A stretch of DNA of 64,000 bases from the human T2T-CHM13v2.0 reference genome, Homo sapiens: assembly GCF_009914755.1 (NCBI RefSeq), contig NC_060926.1. One strand, written 5' to 3'. Below the pieces are notes generated by a model. That model was not told the DNA's origin. It ran no database searches and worked only from the letters and a program-made list of their open reading frames with translations. Position numbers and translations under genes: made by a program. This document shows, piece after piece, positions 1-12,985 of this stretch (position 1 is the first letter of the stretch; each line of letters opens with the position of its first letter).

Positions 1-1394
1 CCCCAGCATTTGGACAGAATAAGAGAGAGGAAGTAAAACTCAAATCATTTTACTTTACTTTTTCTTGGCCATTTGGCTAAGAGATGTGTGGGGTGAAGAG
101 GTGCTTGTGGCCAAAGTGTGATTTGTAAAATGTGTGGGTATTTTTTGTTTGGTTGGTTTTGCTTTTAGCTGCTATACTTATGTTACCCCAGTTTACCACA
201 TCCAGTCCTCTTTGGGCACAAAGGGAAAGACTCAACAAACATTTGTTGAGTGGCTTGACTCAGCTTTGCTCCTTCTCCTGAGTATTCCTCCGTGGAGTTT
301 TAGCAACTTCCCATAGGAAATCCAGGCTAAGGTCTGATTCATCCAGTCCTGAATAATGTGTTAATCATGAATTGGATAAAAATCATGAATTGGATACTAC
401 TCAAGAGGATAAGCTGTTTTCAAACATCTTAGCAGTAAATATTTGCAAACCAACAAGAAACACACTAAATACAAATGGCGTTTCTCAATTCATTAGAGCA
501 AGCCTGCAAGAACCTTGACCTGGGAGTAGTGAGGCCACTTTCTCAGCCACTAGTTCATGCCATTATATATACATACCAGTTTTAACAATACATTATTTTT
601 ATAATTTTCAATGTTTGAGATTATTCATGAACCTGAACTGCCCTTCAACCTGTAAATCTGAATAAGTGAGGTTTTACTATGATTTACAAAACCATAAAAC
701 AAGACAGAAAGAGGTCTGTTCATCTAATAGTGGCTGTTTGTTTCTCCTTTCCTTTTTGGAGAGGAGGGAAAAAAAGAGCAAATGTCTATCTAGCAAGATG
801 ACGTAGGGCTGGATAAAAAGATAAATGCCTCTGAGGTGTGTAGGGATATTACAAATGTGATTTGGAAGAAAGACAAGATCTGAGGGGGTGGGAAGTTCAG
901 TGTAGAAAGTCTCTTCTATCAGGACATGGATTCTAATTCTCTCCTACCACACTGGGCATAACCATCAGGGAATTTAAAGTCCCTTCCATGCCAGGCATGC
1001 CCCATCACCTAGGAAGAAACTCAACCCATCAGCAGGCATCCAAAAAGGCGTCAGCCAGGTAGGGTCCCAAAGAGCCCCACACCTTGGGTTATCTGGGAAA
1101 ATCCCAAGTTATTTAGAAGACAGTGTACCTCTTGCCTCTACCCTTGGTGGTAAACATTGCTTCAGAGTCACACACACACAAAAAGATAAGCTTTTTTCTC
1201 AATTGAAAACTGGAAAGTTGAAAGAGGAAGTAAAGAGAAAAAGAAAGACATATACTATAATCCAGGAGTCCCACATGTTCAGAAACTCTTCACCTGTGAA
1301 TCTACATTTTACTGAGTTCACATCTGCCTTCTGAAGGGTAACCACTCTTTACCCCCCAAATTCAACTCATTACTTGTTCAACTTTGACCAAGAG

Positions 1395-1702
1395 GTTTTT
1401 TTTTTTTTTTTTTTTTTTTTTGAGATAGTCTCGCTCTGTTGCCAGGCTGGAGTGCAGTGGCGCGATCTCAGCTCACTATAAGCTCTACCTCCTGGGTTCA
1501 CGCCATTCTCCTGCCTCAGTCTCCTGAGTAGCTGGGACTACAGGCGCCCACCACCACGCCTGGCTAATTTTTTTGTATTTTTAGTAGAGATGGGGTGTTT
1601 CACCGTGTTAGGCAGGATGATCTCGATCTCCTGACTTCATGATCCACCTGCTTTGGCCTCCCAAAGTGCTGGGATTACAGGCATGAGCCACCGTGCCCAG
1701 CC
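1395..1702 (-). mobile_element. AluY, full length
   Basis: Poly-T 1396-1421 followed by the reverse Alu body with AluY-type 'aagctctacctcctgggttcacgccattctcc'. TSD gaccaagag at 1386-1394 and 1703-1711. Confidence 0.95.
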
Positions 1703-2227
1703 GACCAAGAGATATTTTTAAGAAAAGTCTCATAAAAGCATAAAATTTTATATATGGCAAAAGCAATCAACATCTATAGAAAACTGATAAACACATATGA
1801 CTCAGAGGAAGAAATTTCCCTCTATGTATTATTTACTGTTAAACTTACTATGGCTTATAAGGCCTTGATCATCTAAACACTTGTTTCGATTTATCCATTC
1901 TCTTCCTCTCCTCTTCAGCCTTCTTGAGATTGTGGGTCATCTCCAGGGATACTTCTCCACAGTTCTACTATCAGTGTCTAAGGGATTCAGGTTAGGGCAA
2001 CACACACAAAAAGTCAAATTCAGTTATTCAAGCACCAATTAGATAATGAACATCTGCCTGGGGTACTCACGACATTCTGGGCTAAATATTCCCCCAGAGA
2101 GAAGAATAAGGGAGTACTCAGTGGGTACTAATGTCTGGTCTGTGACATGACAATGAAGTGAAGATTAAGTTCCATCTTTACCCCCATTCACCATTTATCT
2201 CCCAATCTCTCTTCCCAAGTCATTCTT

Positions 2228-2261
2228 TTTTTTTTTTTTTAATTATACTTTAAGTTTTAGG
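2228..2261 (-). mobile_element. Extremely 5'-truncated young L1PA 3' end (about 21 nt plus polyA)
   Basis: Reverse complement reads cctaaaacttaaagtataatt(A)13, the L1PA 3' terminus. Flanked by TSD gtcattctt at 2219-2227 and 2262-2270. Confidence 0.8.
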
Positions 2262-3499
2262 GTCATTCTTATCTTCTTCTCATCTCTTACCTGTTTTTTC
2301 CTGACCCTAATTCCTCAAAGAAGCTTAATTCACTTCTAGATCCCCTCCTTCCCCCATGAATATAAAGAAAATAACTATATCTAGTTCTTTTAGATGTTCA
2401 AATTGACTTGATTGCTAGCTGAAATCAAAATTGACCAGCTGAAGTGGTTTTCAAGAATGTTAATTCTTATTCTGACCACTGGATTAGCACAATGGGCCAT
2501 TGTACACATAAGTACACCCACAAGGCAGTCAGTAAAATAGACAATGCCTAAAGCTGTAGATACACTATATACATGGCATGAATCTTTTATTCATTTGTTT
2601 AGTCTACAGCAGGAAGCCAACTGCCTCACTTCAGGCCAGAGGGAGAATGCTGAGATATTGTACGAATACATGCAATTTTCCAAGCTTCAGGAAATTTGAA
2701 CTGAAACATTGACAGGAAAGAGCCCATAGTACACTTGCATGTTGAGCTGGTGTTTAAACTCTTTTTCCCATGTAATGAGCTCATATCCAAAATGTTGACT
2801 CAACGTGCATGAGGACTTGGCAAGTCCTGTGGGGAGGAGCGCCCTGTCACGGGAAACAGGAGAAAAACAAGGCCGGCTCAGCACATTCTCTCAGAGCACA
2901 CAGGCCTTCATGGGCCAGAGTTTCTGTTATTAAAAATAAGAAAAGAAAAAAAACAGAGAATGTCTCCTCTTAATCCAGCAATAACTCCAAGAAGATAATA
3001 AGTCAACAGTCACTTTTTTCATGGCTACCTACTACAGAGTGTCCTAGTAAAATATATACTTGATACATTAATATACGCTTTAAAAAGAATAGCAGTTAGA
3101 CATTAACCAATATCTGTTTTGGTTATGTTAAAGTCACAAATGTTTAAAATGCCCATCGTTTCACAGTCAACCACATATAAGATATATCTTGCTTTATTAA
3201 GTGTATTTAACACCTAAAAGTGCCACACACTTTCCAGGGCACACTCATCTGAGGGAGTTTGTAGAAGATGCAGTGCTCATGGGGCCCTAGGTTGTTAGCT
3301 CTGAGGCTGCCATGCTTCATTCACCAACATGTATTCCCTTACAACTTGGGCCCAGCAACAACAGATTTACTATATAAGCCTCCAGTACTTCCTGAAAAAG
3401 TCCTTTCCAAATACCCTCAAAAACAAACAAACAAACAAAAACAGTCCTCTTTCTGTGTTTCAATCAAGGCTATAAAAGTAACCCATGTTAAAAAGCCAG

Positions 3500-3950
3500 G
3501 ATGGCTGCAATGAATGGAGCACACAGAAGGCCTCCTGAGCAGTATAGACTTTATTTTTCCATCGTGGGGCTCCTGTAATTTTTAAAAGTCTGTTTGAAGA
3601 TATTAATTTGGCAGGAATGAGGAAGATGGATTCAAGGGATTAGGAACTGTAGGGAGATGTAGCAAGTGGATGAAGGCCTGGACATGAATAATGTTCACAA
3701 GAATGGGAAGGAGGGAAAGATTAAAAGGGATATTTAGAAAGAAGAACTGACAAGCCTTGGTAACGGAGCAGATATAGGAGATAATGAGGAGAGAGGAGTT
3801 GGAGTTGGAGTTGGTGAGGAGAGATGGAGTTGGAGTTGGATACAGTGACAACTTCGAAGTTTCTATCCAGAGGCTGGGAGTGTGATGGGCCATTGACAGA
3901 AATGGCAAACGGAGAGCTGGTTTGCAATGGATCAAGATGAGGGTTGAACT
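3500..3950 (-). mobile_element. L2 LINE fragment
   Basis: Purine-rich L2-like segments, e.g. 'gatatttagaaagaagaactgacaagccttggtaac' and 'tgatgggccattgacagaaatgg'. Confidence 0.6.
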
Positions 3951-3994
3951 CAGAGATTCTTAAATCTAAAACATCTCAGAAGGCACCAAGCCCA

Positions 3995-4112
3995 ATTTTA
4001 TACTTCCTTTCTGTATATTAGAGACTGAGGCCCACAGAGGAGAGGATAAAGACCCGTTGAAGGTCTTAGTTAGTTGGCATGGAGCAGACACTAGTACCCA
4101 GTCTTTGGTCTC
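3995..4112 (-). mobile_element. MIR fragment
   Basis: 'gagactgaggcccacagagg...aaggtc...gttagttggca...acccagtct' resembles the reverse MIR core. Confidence 0.6.
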
Positions 4113-4164
4113 TTGTTTCTATGCCTATGATCATTATTCAATGGTCCTGTGCCTAAGCTAGAAA

Positions 4165-4665
4165 TCTTTTGATTGCGAGTGATGGAGAACCCAACCCAAT
4201 TTGACTTGAATAAGTAAAGGAATTTATTGGCTCTTACAAGTGTAAAGTCCAGAGGTTTCAGTTGAGGCATGGTCCAACAGCTCAACATTTTCACTGAGCA
4301 CCTAGTTTCCTTTTGTCTAATCTCTGCCCAATATTGTTCATAGTTCCAAGATGTTCACCAAGAGGTCCCTGAGCTGTGTGCTTTCTCATTTACATCCAGC
4401 AGGAAAGAAAGAAGGTTTTTGTTCTAGAATTCCAAGCAAAAGTCCTGGGATTCACTCTAATTGGATTTGCTTGGTCATATGTCCACCCATGGCCAACCAC
4501 ATGGCTGGGGAGCCAAATGTGCTGGTCTGGGTCACATGTTCCACCCCTGGAGCCCCAGGTAGAATCAGATTCCATAGAGCCAAATGGATTCCCAAACTCC
4601 AATGAGGGCTGCTAGGAAGAAAATAACAGAAGCTACAGCATCAACCAACAAATGTCTATTACACA
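4165..4665 (-). mobile_element. Ancient ERVL/MaLR LTR (LTR33 or MLT1K/L-like)
   Basis: 'gattgcgagtgatggagaacccaacccaa...aaggaatttattggctc' and 'ctaattggatttgcttggtcatatgtccacccatggccaaccac' are typical of this old LTR class. Confidence 0.55.
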
Positions 4666-4719
4666 TTGTTTGGCTAAATCTCCTTCTGTTTTTTCCATAG
4701 CAAGTTTATGACTTTTATT

Positions 4720-5018
<299 letters not shown>

Positions 5019-5190
5019 TATGACTTTTATTGTTAGATACAATGATGAAGTGGTTTGTCCACAAGTTTTAAAAATATACAGAAATCAGAATTGCCATACT
5101 CACCATGGAAAAAAGGGAGCACAGCTTTAACAAGAACATTTTAAAGAGAAAGAAAAGTAATTAGGGTGAATAAATTCAAATTTTAGACAA

Positions 5191-5340
5191 AGTCAGTCAT
5201 GGTGACATGTGCCTGTAGTCCCAGCCAGCTACTTGGGAGGCCAAGGTGGGAGGATCCCTGGAGCCTAAGAGTTTGAGTCCAGCCTGGGCAACATGGGAAG
5301 ACCTTGTCTCTTAAAAAAAAGAAAAAAAGAAAAGAAAAAA
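5191..5340 (+). mobile_element. FLAM_A-like Alu monomer
   Basis: Single monomer 'gcctgtagtcccag...ggaggatccctggagcctaagagtttgagtccagcctgggcaacatgg...gtctc' with an A-rich tail. Confidence 0.8.
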
Positions 5341-6514
5341 TTGGTAAATGCAGCCAAGTCTTTGTCACTAAAATATATTCTAGGCAACATTCTTCAAAGC
5401 CAAGCAAAGTCTGTGGCTGCTGTGTGCTGGGGCTATTTCCTCTCAATTCAATCATGGGTTGGGGTGATGGTTAATAACCCTGAAATTTAAGGTCTTTTGT
5501 CAGTCTGGCATCAATGATGAGTGGTGTGACAAGGCTTGGTGTATCACTGATAATTGCTTAGAAATGACTCCACACTACCCAGTTTTTTGGTGTATTTTTC
5601 AGCAGTATTGCATAAGAAAGTCTTTAGCAGCCACTGGTACATGCTTCTGAGAAGCATTTGACCACAGAATATCTTAGATTCAAAACACATTGCTTTGTGG
5701 GAAGAAAGGCACCACCCAGCACACACACCCATCCTAATTTTGAATGGACTTAATTTCTGAATTCTAGACACTGCCTCACAATGATATAAAAACAACAAGA
5801 GCCTCATTAAAACCCCAGAGGCTGAGCCCACAAACAGGAATTCATAGAGTCTCTAAGAGAAAGATATCTGGGCAACATTTCTAAATTTTGAGCTGTCTGG
5901 CTGGTTGAGACAGATGATCTGATGGCAAGAATGATTTGCAAAAAATTCAACACTGACCAATCAGAGCAGACAGTCTAAATAAACATCGATTCTTACAAGG
6001 CTACCTTCCTTACCAGTTAAATATCAGTCCTGCCTCAGAGAAACATAAGATCTAAAGAGGAAAATCTACACAAGATTGTGTGTGGGCCAGAAAGGCCGCC
6101 GTGAATGGTGAGAAGGTGAGTCAATCCATCCATCCTAAGTCAAAGAATCCAACCAGTTCCATGGAGGAGGCACAGAGGAAAAGAGGAAGGAACAAAGTGG
6201 AAGAAGAAGAGAATGAAGAGGTGGGAAGAGATGGGCAAGGATGGGAGAGCAGAAGCCAATCAAGAGAAGAAGGAAAAGCAAACAGAAGAGAGTAGAAAGG
6301 AATGGGGGCCAGAAACAAGCAGGAATCATGAAGAGTGGGGAAAGGAGAGACTTTGGAAATTCAAACAAGTAGAGGAGTGAAAAAAATAGTGATGAAAGGT
6401 AAGAAAGGTAAGGTAGGAGATGTGTGAAATTGCAATAAGAAAAATGGCAGTGTTTATGCGTGATCATTGAGTCTTACTTGCATTACACTTGCATTACACT
6501 TACACTGTGTAATG

Positions 6515-6731
6515 CAGGGCTCAGAAAACTTTTTCTCTAACCAGTCACATGGTAAATAGTTTAAGTTTTGTGGGTGGTGCAGTCTTTGCTCAGCTACTCA
6601 GCTCTGGTGGTGTAGCATGAAGACAGCCATAGACAATAAGTAAACAAGTGGGTGTGGCTGTGTTCCAGGAAGACTACGAATACCAGTGATGGGTCAGACT
6701 TGGCCCATGGGTCATAGTTTGCTGAATCCTG
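6515..6731 (+). mobile_element. MER58A (hAT-Charlie MITE)
   Basis: cagggctcagaaaact.../...agtttgctgaatcctg termini and internal 'cagccatagacaataagtaaac...gtggctgtgttcca'. Confidence 0.85.
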
Positions 6732-7075
6732 GTATAATATAAATCTTCTGCAGACAAAAGTGCTTCTTACATTTTTGGCACCCACAACACCTAGATACAC
6801 AATACCAGGTATGTTACAACTGCATGGAAAAGCCACTTTATAGGCCAAATGGCAGCAATTTTCAATGGCTTTTTTTTTTTTTTATAACTTTTGACCTACA
6901 AAATGTCAGTTTCCTGTGATGCCACCCTACCTGCTACTAGACTGGCCATCTGATCCCCACTGGAGAAGCCACAATCATAGGGAAGGAATATTCCATTTGG
7001 GGACAGATAAAGTCAATGAAAAGATAGATGTTCTCAGTACAGCCCAGGCCAGCATGAGCAAAGGTGGATACTTAA

Positions 7076-7440
7076 TGTCTAGTCAGCTTGCATGCCATGA
7101 CAAAATACCACAGACTGGGGACTTAAACAACAGAAGCTGATTTTTTCATAGTTCTGGAGGCTGGACACAAGATGAGGGTGCCAGCATGGTCAGGTTCTGG
7201 TGAAGTCTCTCCTCCTGGCTTCAGACAGCTGCCTTCTCATTAAGTCCCATATGGCCTTTTCCTCTCTCTCTTCCTCTTCTTATAAAGCCATTCATCCCAT
7301 CATGAGGACCCTAATTTCATGCCCTAATCTAACCCTAATTACCTCCCAATAAATTTCATCTCCAAATACCCTCACACTGGGGATTAGGGCTTCAACATAT
7401 AAGCTTGGGGAGGGGGAGATACAAATATTCAGTCCATAAC
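7076..7440 (-). mobile_element. MLT1A-type MaLR solo LTR
   Basis: 'aaaataccacagactggggacttaaacaacaga...ctaatctaaccctaattacctccca...attcagtccataac'. Confidence 0.85.
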
Positions 7441-9025
7441 CCTTAAGAAAGGCCTTTCATTGATTTTCATCTTAAACAAAAATATTCTTACCTGTTTTTT
7501 CTGGAAACGAATAACCAGCCTGTATGACACTCCTTGGGCTCCACCTCTCACCTGGATATATTACAACACTGTGCATAGGAGAGATTCACCAGATAGCTGA
7601 TAGAGAACTTTACATTCAGTACTTAAAGCTTTCCTATTGTGAGAGAGAACTCCATCCAGCATAGGAAATAGCTCCACAGAGTTTTTATCTGAGCCACATA
7701 CTGCCTCAGAGATCAGAACCCAAGCAAAAACTCTGCTTCTTTAATTCATACGCTCCCTTATTTCCTCACCTTGGGCTCTTCAAATGCCCCCAGCTTGACT
7801 GTGGAGCTGGCTTCCTCTCCAACCATCATTAATTTCCCAGAGGGGCCTGTGGTACTTGGGAATAGCTTCGGTGATGAGAGGCAACAAGGTCTAGCCAAGC
7901 ACAGCTCTCTAGGTCTTGAAACATCCTTAAGGCCTAAGCCTAGTATCATAGACACGGGCTTGTTCTAACCCCAAACTCAGACCTCTAACAATGACCTCAC
8001 TTCCACTTGCTTCTTTTGTGATTTAGAAGAGCACCTTGCAGCCTCTGAAATGCGCAGTTCTTGCTTGGTGAAGGGTTCCTGTTTTAGGAAGCCAGCACTA
8101 CTATTTCATTGCCTCTAAGGCACAATGCAGGGCATTTGAGGTTGATTTTGTGGTCGGTTTGTTTCCTTTATTTTCATTTGTTACCCAGCACCATGCCCAT
8201 ATTTCCAAGTTTGTCTTGGCTCCTGATTTCAGTCATTCTTTGGGCACCAATGGCTTTCCCAAGTCATTTACCAGGGTAGCACAAGATGCCTTACAAATTA
8301 CCAGAGTAAAGTAATGGCCCCAACAGGTATGCTTTTGAGGCCACATGAGGAGATACACAGCTGCAGGATTCCCTATCAGCAAAGACTGAATGATGTCAAA
8401 CGTTCAGAAAAGGAGAAACTAAGTGGGTGTAGCACAATCAATCACTTTGCATTTCAAGGTGAACTTGCAGCTCTTATGGGGAGGGAATTCTCTATGTCAT
8501 TTTCCACGTAAATAAAGTAATGAGACCACTTTGTTGTAGCAAAGAAATTCAGTTTGTTTCTAGAAGCAGATGTGTGTGCATGGGTGAGTGGGCATGTGCA
8601 TATTTGCTTTAAAACATTTTCCAATAACTGCTGACAACAGCAACCTGAAGCCTCCAGGCACCCAGTTTCTCCCCATCCTGAGATGATCTTTTTGCTCCTG
8701 GAGCAGCATTGACGTGTTCCATAGGATCATCCCTGTCCTCACTGGCCTGGCCTCTTCAGTGACCTGAAATCTGCATTTCCTGACCCTTCTTCCTGGGCCT
8801 CTTCTTCTCAGTTTCTCTACTCTTGTCACACAAAGTTACTCAACACCCAGTAGGAGCTTATCAGAGCCACAGCACCACGTTCCAAGGGCAAAGAAGGAGA
8901 AAGAGCTCCACATTTACATCCCAGCCTTGGATTTAAGCCTAGAGATCTTCCCTCCTCTACCCTCCCACCCCCATCACTTCCCCTTCCAGCACCCATCATT
9001 GCTCCCCCTGGTTGAACCTCGTCCT

Positions 9026-9645
9026 TGTGAGGTCCAAGTGAAAATTTCCCCTTTGTCCTCTGAAGGTTTACTGAAAATCACAGACAAGAGGTAGATTAAT
9101 AGGAGAAAAGGCATGCAATTTATTGTTAATGTGTACACGAGAGCCTTCAGAATGAAGACCCAAAGATGCAAAGAAATTGTCCATGTTCAACAAAGTATGA
9201 TAGCTTAGGTTCAATTAAGTATGGACAGCCATGTAGAAATATGATTCGACAAAAAGGCTATAATCTAACGCTAATAGACTGAGTGGGGATCCAGCAAGGC
9301 CTGTCTGCCTAGGTTCCTCTTGGCCTCTGTTCAGCATTCCTTCCTTCTGGTTATGGGCAGGACCCTCACTGGAATGGGGGTCTTATGACCTACAGTCAAA
9401 CAAAGTAGGCCAGATAATTTCTTTGTGGCCAGTTTTTACGCAGAAAGGCAGGGGAATGTCAGAGTAATATTTTTAGGTTTTATGGCTGGCTTTGGAGAAA
9501 GGGGGTCCTGGTTTCTATGACTCACCTCGAAGATTCTAGTTTCCATGGCTAGCCTAGGTGGAGACTGGGACTGAGACAGGAGGGCAGGATAAGGTCAGGG
9601 CAAAACTTGTGCTTCCTTTGGGGCACTGCTTTCTAAGTCCAAACA
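9026..9645 (-). mobile_element. ERV1 (MER4-group, MER31/MER67-like) solo LTR
   Basis: TG...CA bounded ~620-bp element. Reverse start 'tgtttggacttagaaagcagtgccccaaagg...ccctgaccttatcctgccctcctgtctcagtccc'. Exact subfamily uncertain. Confidence 0.7.
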
Positions 9646-9699
9646 CTGTTTTCTGCAGCCCACTGCTCACCATTTTCCTTCATGAGGAGGAGAAAGTCT

Positions 9700-9865
9700 C
9701 AGTTTACTAAACTTTTCTAGCCTCTGTTCCTGCCTCTATAAATGGTGATAATACAGTTGTGCTGTGTGCTCGCCCGGGGCTATGGTGAGGAATCAATGAG
9801 GAAATATACAAAAGAGCCCTAGCACAGAACCTGATTCATCACTGATGCTCGGTGAGTGTTCATTA
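9700..9865 (+). mobile_element. MIR fragment
   Basis: 'ctataaatggtgataata...gtgaggaatcaatgagg...ctagcacagaacctga' matches the MIR 3' half. Confidence 0.65.
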
Positions 9866-9944
9866 TACACCCCCAACACCTCTACTAACCATGTTGACTG
9901 TGACTAAAGTAAATGTAGATTGGCAAGTCACACTCTGGAATAAA

Positions 9945-10010
9945 GCTTCCCAACCCTGACGCCTGACACAATCACCTGGGAGCTTTAAAAAGCACCATGC
10001 CTGGCCGCCA
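9945..10010. mobile_element. MER5A-like fragment
   Basis: 'cttcccaaccctgac...aatcacctgggagctttaaaaa...atgcctggcc'. Confidence 0.5.
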
Positions 10011-10374
10011 CAATCATCTCTTGCCCTGAAATATCCTGAGGGTTTGGCCTCCCTTGTTCCTTGTTTTGATATTAGGCAACATTCCTAGGCCACCAGAGCA
10101 GCTATTTGATTTTCTTTTTCTTGTCCTTCTCTTTCTCCCTTTTCCACTAAGTTTTGGGGATAATCTGTTGCACTGCAATAGATACCTAATATAGTCCTCT
10201 TTTCACCACGTGGCATTCTGATGTCCCTGACTTTCATAGCTATTTCATTTTTGCATGACTTTTCTTTCCCAGAAATAAAGTGTTCATTAAATTTGCATGT
10301 CCTGATGCATTCATGCATTATTCTTTAATTTTGATATATTGGCCTGATCTGTTAGCCTTCTTAAAAATGAATGT

Positions 10375-10685
10375 GGCCAGGCATGGTGGCTCACGCCTGT
10401 AATCCCTACACTTTGGGAGGCCAAGGCGGGCAGATTACCTGAGGTCAGGAGATTGAGACCAGCCTGACCAACGTGGTGAAACCCCATCTCTACCAAAAAT
10501 ACAAAAATTAACTGGGCATGATGGCAGGTGCCTGTAATCCCAGCTACTCGGGAGGCTGAGGCAGGAGAATCACTTGAACCCGGGAGGTGGAGGTTTCAGT
10601 GAGTCAAGATGGCGCCACTGCACTCCAGCCTGGGTGACAGAGTAAGACTCTGTCTCGGGAAAAAAAAAAAAAAAAAAAAAAAAAA
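10375..10685 (+). mobile_element. AluS (Sx/Sq-like), full length
   Basis: Dimeric Alu starting ggccaggcatggtggctcacgcctgtaatccc, with a long pure polyA tail. Confidence 0.95.
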
Positions 10686-11209
10686 GAACACTTTCTTTAG
10701 TAGTAGTTGCTTCTCATTAGTGGAGCCATGTTGAGATTTCATCTCTTAAGAAATGAAAGATGACCTCCCTCCTTAGAATACTGAATAATTCATCAGGGCG
10801 GGGTACAACTGTGGAGCTCTCCTGCTACTCCTGATCTCTTGAGCCCCATTCCTTTCTAATTATTAAATGGCACAATGCCGAGGAATCCCTCCTGCTCCTG
10901 AAACAGACTTCTCCAGGGGCGTCATGGCTGACTCTCAGGTCCCTCAGTTTATTCTCTCCTGCTTGTGCAGAACGAAACAAATACAAATCAATATTTTAAA
11001 ACAGACATATACTTAATATTTTTTAAAAGCCAGAATATCTACGTATACTAATTTGCTTGTCTGTTATATTCACCTCTTTTTGTATGATAGCTATGTTTTT
11101 ATACACTTATCTCATTAGAGTATTATACCAAACTCATAGCCTTTCACAAAAACAACTTGCATTAATGAAGCCGTGATTGCCTTTTATTTGATGTTCACAT
11201 TTTCACAGT

Positions 11210-11485
11210 GGGGCTAGCAAAAACTCCTTTAAGTACTGCCTCTGATATTCTCGAACACTCCTTTTTTTCAGTCCACAACAAAAAGATGTTCCAAGCCATC
11301 CTCGCTTTTTTTTTCCCTAAGACTGCAATTAACTAACTTCCAAGAAAATTTGATTGCTTTGAGAAAAGAATAGCATCAGAAATCACAATTCAAGCTTCTC
11401 ACCTGTGCATCAGCAGTGAAGAGAAATGCTGGTCCTTTCACTACCGCCACTTAGGGCCTATTTTGTGACAGAGCCAGTAAAGATG
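11210..11485 (-). mobile_element. Old L1M (L1MC4/5-like) 3' UTR fragment
   Basis: 'aagatgttccaagccatc...tccaagaaaatttgattgctttgagaaaagaatagcatcagaaatcacaattc' resembles a reverse L1MC 3' UTR. Confidence 0.45.
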
Positions 11486-11796
11486 TTTTTCAGAGTGAGG
11501 AATTCCTACTGATTTTCCTTACAGAATGTATTATGTTGCTATATATTGTTTTAGTCAGCCAGGGTCTCTTAAGAAAAATAGAGTGAGTATTACTAGAAAA
11601 TCTAAATGTGGGTAGATTTCCAGTCAAGCAGCTAGGCAGAGGCGTCCAGAGACTCCCCGTGCTCAGCATAGCGTTGTGCAGCCTTGCAGGGGGATGCCTT
11701 GGGAGAAGGGAGCAGTAGCAGGGCTCACAGCTGGCTCCGTGGCACTGCCTGTGGATCTGCATTGCCTTCTGTTAGGATTAATGCTTTGTCTCCAGT

Positions 11797-12056
11797 TTAT
11801 TTTTTTTCTTTTTTTTGAGACAGAGTTTCGCTCTTGTTGCCCAGGCTAGAGTGCAATGGCGCGATCTCCACTCACCGCAACCTCCCGAGTAGCTGGGATT
11901 ACAGGCATGTGCCACCACACCCAGCTAATTTTGTGTTTTTAGTAGAGATGGGGTTTCTCCATGTTGGACAGGCTGGTCTTGAACTCCCGACCTTAGGTGA
12001 TCTGCCCACCTTGGCCTTCCAAAGTGCTGGGAGTATAGGCGTGAGCCACCGTCTTA
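11797..12056 (-). mobile_element. AluSp with an internal ~38-nt deletion
   Basis: AluSp diagnostics 'gtttcgctcttgttgccc', 'ctcaccgcaacc', 'gtttctccatgttgg'. The junction caacctcc|cgagtagc lacks the segment between two cctcc repeats. Confidence 0.9.
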
Positions 12057-12104
12057 GTCTCCAAATTTGTTACTGGACTCCGAGCAACCCTGATGCACTG
12101 CTGT

Positions 12105-12213
12105 AGAGTGCCAATCTCCCAGTTTGCTCAAGACTGAGGGGTTTTCCAGGATCCAGAATTTTCCATTTTCAAGCTGGGATTGTCCTGGGCCGACTAGAAT
12201 GAGATGGTCACCA
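12105..12213. mobile_element. MER81-like hAT-Blackjack MITE
   Basis: ~110 bp 'agagtgccaatctcccagtttgctcaagactgaggggttttccagga...gagatggtcacc', with degenerate agggtgacca-type TIRs. Confidence 0.6.
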
Positions 12214-12861
12214 GGTCACCAGTGAGCTAGTAGCAGAACCACTCAAGGAGCTCATCACCTCCTGCACAGAGCAGGAAAGAGACACTCTGCCCTCTGCTCA
12301 GCAGAATACCAGAGGACAGAATAAAAATATATTTGGGACTTACTCAGAATCAATGGGAACTTAAGAGTCCCGCTGCAGTGCAGACAGATTCTTCAGTGCA
12401 TAGGGCCAAGGTAATTACAGGCAAAGCTAAAAGAGGTTGTGGTAAACATATAGCTGTGAACAATCGTCTTATTAACAAAGTCCTGGTCTAGCTGTAAAGC
12501 CTGGTTTTCCTTCCCTGTCTCAGAGAGCTCTGTGGAAGGTAGTTGGTAGATCTGAAAGTCCACAAGCAGATTCTCCAGGTGCAAGGAGAAGTGTACAGAG
12601 GAAAGCCTTTGTAAATCCACACTCAGAAACTGGGCCTCACATTAGAGGTCAAGTTTAGGTGGGAGTGTATTCACAAGTACCCTCATGCATATTGGTTTTA
12701 CTATTCTACACTCAGAGCCTTGGCTACCCAAGAGCCAAATGTGTCCATGAACTCTGGGAAGATCCTGCGAAGGCCAGACAATTCCTGGGGCATTCTGTGA
12801 AGCTAGGAAGCCAGAGTTGGAAGGGTCCCACTCTGCCTCAGCCCTCACATGACCTGGTCCA

Positions 12862-12985
12862 ACATTGCCTTACAGATGAGGAAAACTGAGGCCTAGAGAG
12901 GTAAAGAGACTTACCTAAAAGGCATGGTTGGCCACTGTTAAAGTTGGGATTTAAAACCCAAATTTCCCAACTCTCTGCACTAAAT
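12862..12985 (-). mobile_element. MIR
   Basis: 'ttacagatgaggaaaactgaggcctagagaggtaaagagacttacc'. Confidence 0.8.

Noticed and set aside
363-396. Direct repeat aatcatgaattggata x2; similar small duplications at ~6477-6500, ~3790-3840 and ~43446-43480
   Set aside because: Ordinary short slippage duplications.
600-680. Possible Tigger-like terminal repeat (gaataagtgaggttttacta)
   Set aside because: No matching opposite TIR found, so the family cannot be supported.
6080-6467. Charged or hydrophobic ORFs
   Set aside because: GA-rich low-complexity DNA without credible exon structure.
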